Source: a virus (Duplodnaviria; Caudoviricetes). Taken from it: 51,419 bases of DNA. The stretch covers positions 1 through 51,419 of the IMG/VR virus record IMGVR_UViG_3300033150_001155; one strand, written 5' to 3'. Below, in pieces: positions 16,555-26,080 of this stretch. The translations under genes were made by a program, and so were the position numbers. Position 1 is the stretch's first letter. Every line of letters begins with the position of its first letter. The notes beneath the pieces are model-generated. The model was not told the origin of the DNA. It saw nothing but the letters and a program-made list of their open reading frames with translations, and ran no database searches.

Positions 16555-17540
16555 TATCTCTTATTCCATTCAATAGCACCGTATTCAACGGTGCCCTCTT
16601 GGGCTGATGCAATAATTCTCAATTGAACCTCAGCTCCTGTTTGATCAGAGATGCTTGCTGAATCCCATGTGGCTGATACTATTTCTCCAGATGTCGATAC
16701 GGGACGATATTCGTTGATTAAGGTTTGTTTATATGCGCCATTCTCATACAATTTCATATATACATATGGTTGAGTGCCACTTGAAGTTGTCCGCCTTAAA
16801 AAAATTCTAAATTCCTGTTGCCCTTCTAATGGTTGTATAGAGGGATTCTCAAATCCTACATGAATAATAGTATCATAATTGGAGTTTATCGCTATCAACC
16901 AATTTGAGTCTGGACTATCCGGATCATCTTGAATATCATACAACGAGCCATTAAGATTTTGCATCTCTATGAAATTATCCGTCACGAGCCGTTCTTCATT
17001 TCCTTGAGATGGAGGAGATCCTCCAGAACAAGGTTGACTCCATGCGCCGAGGTCGTCGTAAAGAGGTTCAAATCGGACAACCGGACAACCATCTGATGTA
17101 TATGATACAGAGATTACTCCCATCCGTACCATTCCCGTGTCACCATCTGAATAAGCTTTTCTGCAGAATAAATTCAATTGACCGGCATTAGACTCGGCTT
17201 CATATCCTTCGGCTACATGCGCTGTAATAAGAAATATTTCTTCCTGCGCCCCATCTGGCCTAATTCTATTAAACGAGATTGCTCCGCCACCAGAGCTCTG
17301 CCCAGGATTCATATTAGATGCAAGCCGAATTTTCGGAGGGTCATCAACCTGCATTATAGTTAATTCCCCTTCAATTGTTCCGCCAGTACCATCTCCATAT
17401 AATACGGATCGGACAACCCCTGAATCATCAACTAACTCAAGTCGCTTTGCTCGAACCACATCATATTCCACAGACGTAATTCCAGAGTAAAGAATAAACC
17501 CGAGCACCACAAAAAATATGAGAGCAAATATCTTTCTCAT
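16554..17540 (-). CDS. Tail-fibre-like or exported beta-rich protein
   Basis: Hydrophobic N-terminus; beta-rich; located in the distal tail module. Confidence 0.45.
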   Translation of the reverse strand: MRKIFALIFFVVLGFILYSGITSVEYDVVRAKRLELVDDSGVVRSVLYGDGTGGTIEGELTIMQVDDPPKIRLASNMNPGQSSGGGAISFNRIRPDGAQEEIFLITAHVAEGYEAESNAGQLNLFCRKAYSDGDTGMVRMGVISVSYTSDGCPVVRFEPLYDDLGAWSQPCSGGSPPSQGNEERLVTDNFIEMQNLNGSLYDIQDDPDSPDSNWLIAINSNYDTIIHVGFENPSIQPLEGQQEFRIFLRRTTSSGTQPYVYMKLYENGAYKQTLINEYRPVSTSGEIVSATWDSASISDQTGAEVQLRIIASAQEGTVEYGAIEWNKR

Positions 17541-17555
17541 TCAATTGCCTCCTTT

Positions 17556-17828
17556 TTACTCTTTGTTCTCTTCGCGGGTAACTCTATTCTTATAATCGTC
17601 TTGAGACGTTATCAAGTCAATCAATTCACTGTTTTTCGCAGGAATAGATATCCCGCGATCTCTTAATTTTGGGATCCATTCATTTGCCATACGCTTAAAG
17701 CATTGGTTAATCTTCCCGACTAAAGCATCTCTAAGCCATTCTTGCGGAGAGACTAAATCATTTTCTAAACACTTGATATCGGTTTGCGATATCCTTAAAA
17801 CAATCTTAGAACCAAATTTGATGTCCAT
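17556..17828 (-). CDS. Small tail-fibre-associated protein
   Basis: 90 aa, directly downstream of the C1q fibre gene. Confidence 0.5.
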   Translation of the reverse strand: MDIKFGSKIVLRISQTDIKCLENDLVSPQEWLRDALVGKINQCFKRMANEWIPKLRDRGISIPAKNSELIDLITSQDDYKNRVTREENKE

Positions 17829-17852
17829 TTTTTCGACTCCAATCTGATAATA

Positions 17853-18845
17853 TTAACATTCAAGACTTCCCGAAAACCAGGTTGTTAATTCTGATCCATT
17901 AAGACCAGCGACCCCAACTGTTTGACCCCCGCCATATACATAAACATCAATTCTTGCCGTATCGCCAACATCCAGATCAGCGAGGACGGATATCTGTATT
18001 CCAGCCGTATTATTTGCATCCCGGACAGCCCCGATATTAATCATGTTTGCATCATATGTCCTATTCGATGTGACAAGATAGATTAATGCAGTCGTAAAAG
18101 ATGCAGATAAATTATAAAATTTCACATGAGCTTGAAATCGATATCGTCCGGTCACAGGAGCAGTAAAGGTATCAGTAGTTGTATTGAAATCTCCTCCCTG
18201 ATCAAATATTTCAGTATCAAGTTCAACCGTTGCGGTCGTTCCATCCCCAGTCACATTTGCATCGTTTGCCGAATTATAGGCGAGAAAAGCTGGTTGCGAT
18301 GGATATGTGAATTCTCCATCTGCCGTCAGTTGAAGCCGGATATTTGATCCAAGAGAAACTCCATCAACCAACTGAATCACATCGGATGCCGACTTATACC
18401 CAAGTCCAAAGTCTTTATCTGTCCCCAATGCCAAGACCTTGTCATCCTGCATGACTTTCTCAGAAGCAAACGTCTTGCAGACCATCCCTCCATCTACTTG
18501 TTCATCTATTTCTCCAGTGCCCGCGTCAACAACCTCAACATATGAATCTCCTTCTGATATTTTGTCCGGGATTGCTCCGATCTCAACCCACGCTGCCCCA
18601 TATCGTTTATATAGAAGGCCGTCATCTGAATCCATCCAAATCATTCCAGCTTGAGGATCACTAGGGCCAGTTGCTGAATACCAATGATTTTTGAATTTAT
18701 TCACAATTTGGTATGACCAAATTTCATCAAGAACGGCGTCGGTGCCATTAGTTAGAGTAAACACAGACGGGTTATAAAGAAATCTTATCTCTTTTCTAAT
18801 ACCGCAAAAATCATTGATATCTTTTTCTATTGATTGAATATTCAT
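17853..18845 (-). CDS. Tail fibre / receptor-binding protein with C-terminal C1q-like domain
   Basis: C1q/TNF-like motifs: QPAFLAY, DTEIFDQGGDFN..TDTFTAPVTGRYRF, LDVGD, TWFSG. Confidence 0.8.
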   Translation of the reverse strand: MNIQSIEKDINDFCGIRKEIRFLYNPSVFTLTNGTDAVLDEIWSYQIVNKFKNHWYSATGPSDPQAGMIWMDSDDGLLYKRYGAAWVEIGAIPDKISEGDSYVEVVDAGTGEIDEQVDGGMVCKTFASEKVMQDDKVLALGTDKDFGLGYKSASDVIQLVDGVSLGSNIRLQLTADGEFTYPSQPAFLAYNSANDANVTGDGTTATVELDTEIFDQGGDFNTTTDTFTAPVTGRYRFQAHVKFYNLSASFTTALIYLVTSNRTYDANMINIGAVRDANNTAGIQISVLADLDVGDTARIDVYVYGGGQTVGVAGLNGSELTTWFSGSLEC

Positions 18846-19243
18846 TTCCTATGCCCCTTACTTCTTTTTATTACCCGACTAATTTCAACTTTAAATTGAT
18901 AATGATATATTACAGCATCCTTTTCAATAAATTCTTGATTATTTTTGAACCCGCTAATATGAGCATTCTCAACGCCGAGACTTGAATTCAGCATCAGCTT
19001 CATATATTCTCCGACAATTTCTTTTATCTCTTTTTTCCACCGAATTTTAACTTCTTCGCTTATCCAATTTTTTTGATAAGCTTCGGCCTTTTTCACTTCC
19101 AACGTAATCGTTTGTTGCCAATCGCCATTTTTTCTTCGATTGACTTCTTCATATACGACAAGTTTATCATTCGGAGGATGAAGCCTTCCGAATTGCCTAT
19201 CGGCCCATTCACTCAGTTTAGTTCTAATCTCATATTTTCCCAT
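18842..19243 (-). CDS. Hypothetical protein (tail module)
   Basis: 133-aa ORF coupled to both neighbours. Confidence 0.6.
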   Translation of the reverse strand: MGKYEIRTKLSEWADRQFGRLHPPNDKLVVYEEVNRRKNGDWQQTITLEVKKAEAYQKNWISEEVKIRWKKEIKEIVGEYMKLMLNSSLGVENAHISGFKNNQEFIEKDAVIYHYQFKVEISRVIKRSKGHRK

Positions 19244-20934
19244 TAGTCAAATAACCTTTTCCCTGCCTCACCATCTGAGAATTGTTCCGTCGATGAATCG
19301 CATAGATAACAGTAGTCACGCTCAGCCCCACTCGCTGAAGCCCATGATGCAGGAAGAACCGTATCATCCCCGAGTACACAGGCTTTCCCGGAAAAAGATG
19401 ATACATCCTCAAGAAGCATTTGATTGATATAAGTGTTGATGTCCAGCGATATTTTGCGGATTTGCATATATTTATTTGAATATCCAGACGACCCAACACC
19501 TTCAAAATGAGTTATTTTCAAAGTATCTGTTAAATCATCAGAAAACGTTTTCAAAGGGAAATTCATTATGTCAAATGTAATTGGGTCTTTTCGGCGAATT
19601 ATTTTCCTTGCTGCAATATCGTTCGCCATAGCTGCCGACCGAATCCAGCGAAATCCAGCGAACTCCTGAAATGTGCCTCCATATTTTGTCTGACTCCCTG
19701 TGTCTTGATATGTTGATTTATTGTGATAATAAGTTTTTGCGTAATTGTAATTATATCCATAAATAAGTTTATTAAGTAATTTATAAACTTGTGGATCGCT
19801 ATCAAATCCTTTGAGGATATGTCGGACATCATCATATTCATTCGGTGAAGACGATACCTCAGAGGTTAAATATTTAAAACATAGAAGCCCATCTTTATCC
19901 CAATATATATCTAATTCAAATTCAGCTCGCCATTCATCAAGAATTGTCCGTAACGGTTTTGCTTCCCATAATGCGCCGTCAAATGTATAAGAACGGTTCG
20001 TCTCAACGGTCGTTGCGTTCGTATATGATGTAGCATTAAAATCAGTCGCATAAGTATATCCACAGAAACTTTCAAGAAAATGGCGGATTGCCTCAACGGG
20101 TCTCCGTGATCCAAACGTCACGTCTGCTGTTATCATGTCTGCCGAGGTTGGATTGTTTCCAGCCTCCCAGTCAATTGTCGTATGTTCTTCCCCATTTATT
20201 GTTGTATTCGATATTTGATAATCATTTCCAGCCCCTTCGGTTTGAAGCACACGGTTCTTATATACGCGATTGACGGTTATCGCAGATCCTGAGATTTGAA
20301 TTCCAACAAGATGTTTTTCGGCATCAACCGTCGTATCTACAAAGGGAAGACCTGTTCCAGCATCATTTTGTGAAAGCGATGGATGGCCCCACGCACCGTC
20401 ATTGCTTAATCCTTGCGCCGAGATCGATCCATATATAATCGGGGCGACCCAATCAAGAGCAGTCTCATGGGCATTCGGATAATCAGTGAGGTTGATCCGT
20501 GTAGATGGATATTCATTTTCAAGATTATAGCTTCGTTCTTCTACGTCAAACTCATAAGTTAATTCCCTCCCTCTTCTCCAGTCATATACAAACCCAGTAA
20601 AAACTGTCAAAGAATTTGCATAGTTATCATCAGAAAAGGCAATTGATATTGTAACAGTCCTATTTTTGAATGATACAGTCTCGGATTCTTCAAGCCCACG
20701 GAATTCGTAATCAATATCAGAGAATACTATTTTTATCTTATTCCGCTCATATGTTCGATCAAGATCACCGACTCCGGAAGCAATTTCCGGAAAATTTATA
20801 ATATTGCCCTTATATAATTGAGTGCTGGTTCTTACATATTCGTTTGAATAATATCGCGTACCAGAGTTAAAAGCGATGGATACAAGAACAACAGGCGTAT
20901 TAACATGCTTATCGGCTTCGTTCTGCCAAGTCAT
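19243..20934 (-). CDS. Tail hub / minor tail protein
   Basis: Second gene after the tape measure; PIIYG motif; beta-rich. Confidence 0.7.
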   Translation of the reverse strand: MTWQNEADKHVNTPVVLVSIAFNSGTRYYSNEYVRTSTQLYKGNIINFPEIASGVGDLDRTYERNKIKIVFSDIDYEFRGLEESETVSFKNRTVTISIAFSDDNYANSLTVFTGFVYDWRRGRELTYEFDVEERSYNLENEYPSTRINLTDYPNAHETALDWVAPIIYGSISAQGLSNDGAWGHPSLSQNDAGTGLPFVDTTVDAEKHLVGIQISGSAITVNRVYKNRVLQTEGAGNDYQISNTTINGEEHTTIDWEAGNNPTSADMITADVTFGSRRPVEAIRHFLESFCGYTYATDFNATSYTNATTVETNRSYTFDGALWEAKPLRTILDEWRAEFELDIYWDKDGLLCFKYLTSEVSSSPNEYDDVRHILKGFDSDPQVYKLLNKLIYGYNYNYAKTYYHNKSTYQDTGSQTKYGGTFQEFAGFRWIRSAAMANDIAARKIIRRKDPITFDIMNFPLKTFSDDLTDTLKITHFEGVGSSGYSNKYMQIRKISLDINTYINQMLLEDVSSFSGKACVLGDDTVLPASWASASGAERDYCYLCDSSTEQFSDGEAGKRLFD

Positions 20935-21737
20935 ACCTTTCCCCTCACGGCCTCAATGAAACGGATCCTGACTTCCCCAGTATGACTTGTTGTTTCTATG
21001 CCGAAAATCTCCTGCCACATAAGCTCGGGATCCTCAAGGTAACCGTAATAAACATGCGCCTTTGTGACATCCGGAATAAGTACAAACGGGTGCGCATCGC
21101 CATATATGGTCTCATAGAGTGTCCGCATCTCACTCGCCAGCGTCACGTTCACGCGTTCGTTGAAATAGAGTTCGAATCGTTCCCTCTTTTCTGCCAACTT
21201 ATGCGCCCATCGAACACCATATGTCGTCTCATTTATGATGTTTCGGAATCCGTATCCGCGAGGCCGGACATAGTGTTCAATGTCAGTAAGTGTCACATAA
21301 TCCAACCCGATCATAGGCCGTCCGATTTCAAAATAAGAATCACCCGATGTGGCCGACCCGTTCTTTGAAAAATCAAACTCCCAATACTGCCGTGCAGTCG
21401 GTGCCGAACCAAGCCGGAGATACATATCCATTGCTCGATAAGTGAAATTGCCAACATTCGTCTGATTGACAGAAAAACCTGCATCCGAATATGAATAGAC
21501 CTTGACCGTCCCGCCAGATAGGTTATGGTTTCCAAGAAAGAAGAATCTAGGCTGTTTTGCCGAACCGAGATCAAATTGATAGAGAATATTCACTTTATCT
21601 GTCGTTCGCGTAGTGAGGGCGATTTGTTCATTTTGTGAATTTTCAGTCGGGTAATTTGAATCCTCGTTTGTGAGCGTGAGATCTCCAGCCCCCAAATCTT
21701 TAACTAAGTCAGCATAAAAATATCCGATTGCTCCCAT
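20931..21737 (-). CDS. Distal tail (Dit-like) protein
   Basis: Immediately follows the tape measure gene; ARQYWEFDF...YFEIGR. Confidence 0.65.
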   Translation of the reverse strand: MGAIGYFYADLVKDLGAGDLTLTNEDSNYPTENSQNEQIALTTRTTDKVNILYQFDLGSAKQPRFFFLGNHNLSGGTVKVYSYSDAGFSVNQTNVGNFTYRAMDMYLRLGSAPTARQYWEFDFSKNGSATSGDSYFEIGRPMIGLDYVTLTDIEHYVRPRGYGFRNIINETTYGVRWAHKLAEKRERFELYFNERVNVTLASEMRTLYETIYGDAHPFVLIPDVTKAHVYYGYLEDPELMWQEIFGIETTSHTGEVRIRFIEAVRGKV

Positions 21738-24400
21738 TAGTATTTCCTTACTTCAACCGAAAGTTTTCGCGTTGCTCCACCAATGTTATCTCGATACGCC
21801 TTATCAAGTATCGGGAGAATCTTTCGCGTTACGACACGCTCAACGTCAGCCCCATCTAATGCGGAAATATAAAATGTATTTTGAACCGACATTGATCTAC
21901 CAGATGAGCTAATCCCTGTCGGCTGTGCAGATTGTGGAGTAGTGAGAGGCACATTGAGTGGAGTAATGTCTATCTGTTCACCAGGATGATAGGCTACAAT
22001 CCCCGGACTTGTCGCAACCTTATGCATCCCTGCCTGAGCCGATCCCATCTTATCTTTGAGCGTTCGCCACGTATTCCAAGTATTATCCCGAATATCTATA
22101 AGGATTTTCTCCCGAGTCCAACCTGAATATTTGATATCATTCAATATTGCCTGCCTCGTCCAACCCGAGTGTTTGATATCATCCAGAATCGGGACTATTG
22201 AGCCCCCTGTCCAGTTCAGAATCTGTTGCTCAATATCTTTCATCAATTTCAGCCAATAGGTGATCTCTCCGTATTTTTTTCCGCCAGCGGAGATCAGGTT
22301 GGCAAGCTTCCCGATCACTCCACCGACAGCACCGAGGGCGGAACCGATTCCCGAAATAATTGACTCCCCAGCACCGAATACAGATGAGACAAGTTTTCCG
22401 ACAGAGCTGATTACGTCTCCAACCGCGCCGATGGCAGTCTTAAGCGCGTCGGTCACTGCTGCCCCTACTGCCTTTAGATCGACGAATTTTGAAATGAGAA
22501 GCCCAATGCCGATAGGCCCGGCGATTGATCCAATGCTTGAGAGAAAACTTCCTGCCATATTTCCAGCCAACCCTCCGCTCCCGCTTCCATCTTCCGTCCC
22601 TGAGAAAATCTTGCCTATTCCGCCGAAAACTCCTTTCAAACCATCAAATAGACTCTTTCCGCCCTCAAGAAGATTCTTCACAAGACCGAGCGTCCATCTG
22701 GTGATCATCTGTGCCACAAGGTCAAAGAATTGCTGTTTGATCGTTGACCAGATTGAGGATAGACCATCCTTCCAGCTCTTGGCTCCCGCGAGCATTTGCC
22801 CCAGTTCGGTTGTCCATTTATCTTTTATACGTTCTGAGACATCGTCCCAGATTTTCTTCACGGAATTAGAGTCGGTTTTAATCTTTTTCTCATGTGCCGT
22901 GCGATAATCTTCGGTTGAGTCAATCATATTATCAACGGCTTTGTCCAGTACATCACTCATATCCCGAGCTGCAGGAACCATCTCTTGGTAAACCGCTGAA
23001 GTAAGTCCATCCTTCATTTTTTCAATTAATTTTGTAACGGTAATAATAGAACCGCCCCAGTGGTCAAACGAAGCTGATATTCCTTTAATTTTCGGGACGG
23101 CAGTCTCCGTCTCTTCCCTTGTGACCTTGACTGCATGTGCGAATTTTTCTTGTTCGGGCTTGATGTCTTTCAGGATGTTCTTCATCTCAAAGAGCTTTTT
23201 TCTTGAATCGGAAACAAGCCCTTTGCTTTTTGCTAATTCATCATCTGTAGCTTTAAGCTTTTTCTTATATGCCTCCCAATGTTCAGGACCTCTCTCAATC
23301 TCTTTGCGCAAATCTTCTACCGATGGATTCAATACTTTTAGGCTATTTTTGAAATCAATGACCTCTCTTTTTCCTTCGGCCATGAGCCTATTAATTGTTT
23401 GTAATGGACTCTCAACTCCGGCAGCATTCATCCCGACCGTCACAAGACCGCCACTTGCAGCTTTCAATGGATCGCTCATTGCATCTAGCCCGTCTTTGAA
23501 ATTCTTGAAGACATATATTACTGTCTGTATTTTCTCAACAACACCCTCTGCCCATGCCCCAAGATCACCAGATTCAATAAGCAAAACAATAGAGTCGGTT
23601 ACGTCTTTTATTATCCTCCTAAAACTCTCATTTTGAGTAACGGCATCTCCTATTTGTTCTTTTGCGTCGCCGATAACATTTTTCAAACTCTGAAGGGCAC
23701 CGCCGAAAGTATCACGCGCAGCAGTTGCAGCCCCGCCAAACTCGGTTTGAAGCTCTTTGAGAATAAAGGCTTGTGCTTCTGCCATCTTGCCTGTCTCAAC
23801 AAGTTGCTTGACGACTTTCTTTTGATCATCAGAGAAGTTGACACCTACCCTTCGTAGAGCGGTGATTCCGAGTATCGGATCTTGGAGAGCCTTGCCGACT
23901 TGGATGGCCGATTCTTTGAGCCCTTGACCGAGGGCTGTTGACATATCAAGAACGATTTTAAGTGCATCCGGGAAAACATCTCTACCGATAGAAGTGAACG
24001 TGAGCAGGAGCGATTGTGCTTTCATTACGGTCTCATCACCATAGGTAGTCACTTTCTGCATGGCAGCAGCCATCTTTACAAGCTCATCCTTAGTAAGCCC
24101 AGCTGCTCCACTTGTGGATTTAAGTACGGCATCAAGAGCCTTGAGGGATTTTTCCTGATTAATCGAAGCATTGATTGACGATCGCATAAATCCAACAAGC
24201 CCTCGAATGGCCATAGTTACTCCACCGATGACCAAAGCACCAGCAGCCATTTTCTTCCAGAGACTTCCGAGTTTTGTTCCCGTAGTCTTTGCTTGAGTGC
24301 CTAGGCCGGAAAGTGATGTTTTGGCCTTCTTCATCTGGCGATCATAATTGCCGAGCTTTGCGTCAACCTCGACATAAAGCTCGCCTACTTTCGTTCCCAT
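21737..24400 (-). CDS. Tail tape measure protein
   Basis: 887 aa; MGTKVGELYVEVDA start; QVGKALQDPILGITALRRVG; Ala/Gly-rich helical repeats. Confidence 0.93.
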   Translation of the reverse strand: MGTKVGELYVEVDAKLGNYDRQMKKAKTSLSGLGTQAKTTGTKLGSLWKKMAAGALVIGGVTMAIRGLVGFMRSSINASINQEKSLKALDAVLKSTSGAAGLTKDELVKMAAAMQKVTTYGDETVMKAQSLLLTFTSIGRDVFPDALKIVLDMSTALGQGLKESAIQVGKALQDPILGITALRRVGVNFSDDQKKVVKQLVETGKMAEAQAFILKELQTEFGGAATAARDTFGGALQSLKNVIGDAKEQIGDAVTQNESFRRIIKDVTDSIVLLIESGDLGAWAEGVVEKIQTVIYVFKNFKDGLDAMSDPLKAASGGLVTVGMNAAGVESPLQTINRLMAEGKREVIDFKNSLKVLNPSVEDLRKEIERGPEHWEAYKKKLKATDDELAKSKGLVSDSRKKLFEMKNILKDIKPEQEKFAHAVKVTREETETAVPKIKGISASFDHWGGSIITVTKLIEKMKDGLTSAVYQEMVPAARDMSDVLDKAVDNMIDSTEDYRTAHEKKIKTDSNSVKKIWDDVSERIKDKWTTELGQMLAGAKSWKDGLSSIWSTIKQQFFDLVAQMITRWTLGLVKNLLEGGKSLFDGLKGVFGGIGKIFSGTEDGSGSGGLAGNMAGSFLSSIGSIAGPIGIGLLISKFVDLKAVGAAVTDALKTAIGAVGDVISSVGKLVSSVFGAGESIISGIGSALGAVGGVIGKLANLISAGGKKYGEITYWLKLMKDIEQQILNWTGGSIVPILDDIKHSGWTRQAILNDIKYSGWTREKILIDIRDNTWNTWRTLKDKMGSAQAGMHKVATSPGIVAYHPGEQIDITPLNVPLTTPQSAQPTGISSSGRSMSVQNTFYISALDGADVERVVTRKILPILDKAYRDNIGGATRKLSVEVRKY

Positions 24401-24401
24401 A

Positions 24402-24855
24402 TTAATTTTCCTTTTTGTTTTTTCTCACTAAACGATCATAATCATCCTGATTGAAAATGTGGATCTCACCATCCGGATTAAGTCCTATCTTCGTCCAGCA
24501 TTTCTCCTTATGGAAAAGAAATGTCTCCATAGCTTCGCGCTTTCGTTTCTCAGGATCATGCTCCTGTCGGAAACGTTCAATGTCTTCTTCAAACCAGATC
24601 AGATTCTCTGGTTTCACTGGTCTCTGGACGACTTTACCCGCAACGTTCATGATCCACGCTCCCAATTGACGCGTCCTCTTCCAAGCTTCTTTCTCCCGTT
24701 CACGATATGCCGATATTACCTCCATCGTCTCACACGGCGTCATCTGATTAAACTCAAAAGGCCGAAGCCCAGCCTGAAGTGCCCGCGTATAACTGCCGTT
24801 CAGGAAGTCTTCCCAGTTCCACTCTCCGCCGTCTCCGGCCCCGTCCCTTTTTTTT
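24402..24855 (-). CDS. Tail assembly chaperone, -1 frameshift extension (gpGT-like C-terminal part)
   Basis: The -1 frame after the A8 run is open and reads ...GLRPFEFNQMTPCE..., in frame with ORF 24402-24743. Confidence 0.8.
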
Positions 24856-25189
24856 GCTTTTCCTCTTTCACAAACGCCGCATCAAAGGCTTCAACAAAAG
24901 CCTTGATATAATCATTCATTCGTGCTGGATGAAGCATAGAGGCAATCTTTTCAACACTGAGATTTCCGGCTTTTAGAATCCCATTTGTATCGAATTTCAA
25001 CAGTCCTGCCCAGAGGAGCTCCGCCATACGGATCATCCCGACATTCTCCGGATTCTCTCGAATGTCATCCATTAACTGAGGAATTGTAAGTCCCGTCTTT
25101 TTTTCCAACGCGCCTAAGTTTGGCCATGCATACCGGAGATATCGTTCCTTTCCGTCCTCAAATACAATAGATACTGGTTTTGTCGGCAT
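24800..25189 (-). CDS. Tail assembly chaperone (gpG-like)
   Basis: Lies between tail tube and tape measure genes; slippery site near its 3' end. Confidence 0.8.
   Translation of the reverse strand: MPTKPVSIVFEDGKERYLRYAWPNLGALEKKTGLTIPQLMDDIRENPENVGMIRMAELLWAGLLKFDTNGILKAGNLSVEKIASMLHPARMNDYIKAFVEAFDAAFVKEEKQKKGTGPETAESGTGKTS
24848..24855 (-). promoter_or_regulatory. Programmed -1 ribosomal frameshift slippery site (A AAA AAA)
   Basis: mRNA reads CAA AAA AAA GGG; a -1 shift joins the two chaperone ORFs. Confidence 0.8.
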
Positions 25190-25209
25190 TTCCCCCTCTC
25201 TCCTCTACG

Positions 25210-25614
25210 TCAACTCGCGCTGAACGTGAGCGTGTCGGTGCCTTCAAGCGTGAAGGTAATTGTCGCCGGACCATCATATGGACCCGGAAAAGTGAGATTG
25301 GTCAGCACACATTCGCCAGTTGCGGTCACCGTACCATCGGCGAGGGTTACGACGCAGGTTAACGTCGCACTTGTTCGATTTTCAAAATGATCGACAAGAT
25401 ACTTTTTCGCCAGATCGTTGACGATATAAAGCCCGTCACCTGAGATGTTCCAGTCGCGAGTCGATGAAATGATTTGTCGCCAGAACGATGAATCGCGATT
25501 CGTGAGATCAATAACCGACTGATTGCATGTGAGCGTGAAATTCTGCGACTCTGCAAGTGCTGCACCTTCAACGCTGAGCGTCATTAAAACTCCGCTTTTC
25601 CCGCTAGTAGCCAT
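25210..25614 (-). CDS. Major tail tube protein (TP901-1-like)
   Basis: IDLTNRDS..WRQII...RDWNISGDG; ATITFTLEGT. Confidence 0.85.
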   Translation of the reverse strand: MATSGKSGVLMTLSVEGAALAESQNFTLTCNQSVIDLTNRDSSFWRQIISSTRDWNISGDGLYIVNDLAKKYLVDHFENRTSATLTCVVTLADGTVTATGECVLTNLTFPGPYDGPATITFTLEGTDTLTFSAS

Positions 25615-25632
25615 TTTTGGCCTCCTTAATAT

Positions 25633-26079
25633 TTAATCTGCCGGAGCCATCTCAAATCGATATCTAATGACTCCGTGAAAAACTCTTTGCTGAGCTTCTT
25701 TGTCTTCTGTAATCACGTCTGAAAAATCTAAAAGGGCAAGATACGGCGCATCATATCCAGCGATTGAAAGCGAAGATGATGAGATGGCAATCATGACATT
25801 GTTCATCATATCCTCACATTCTTTCGCACCTTTTGCCCGACTCCAAACGTGGATGTTAATGGCGTTGTCTTCGGCCTCCGTATCACGCGTTGTAAACCCT
25901 ACTGACCGCACGCCTTCCGGATAGCCGAATGAAATATAAGGCCAAGACGTGTCAATATTCGGATCCTCCCGTGGCACATATTCACCAAATACACGATAAG
26001 ATGATGTCTTAGCATGTGTTGTCAACCGCGTATAAATGGCCTTTGAAAGTGCCGAGAATCCAAGTTTTCTTGTAGGCAT
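25633..26079 (-). CDS. Tail terminator / completion protein (DUF3168-like)
   Basis: AIYTRL, WPYISFG, IHVWSR, HGVIRYRF; immediately upstream of the tube gene. Confidence 0.85.
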   Translation of the reverse strand: MPTRKLGFSALSKAIYTRLTTHAKTSSYRVFGEYVPREDPNIDTSWPYISFGYPEGVRSVGFTTRDTEAEDNAINIHVWSRAKGAKECEDMMNNVMIAISSSSLSIAGYDAPYLALLDFSDVITEDKEAQQRVFHGVIRYRFEMAPAD

Positions 26080-26080
26080 T

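Noticed and set aside
22075-22190. 14-aa tandem repeat (ILxDIKxSGWTR) in the tape measure protein
   Set aside because: Real, but such repeats are ordinary in tape measure proteins.
22260-23636. Long plus-strand ORFs opposite the tape measure gene
   Set aside because: Pro/Ser-rich mirror of Gly/Ala-rich sense codons; no motifs.
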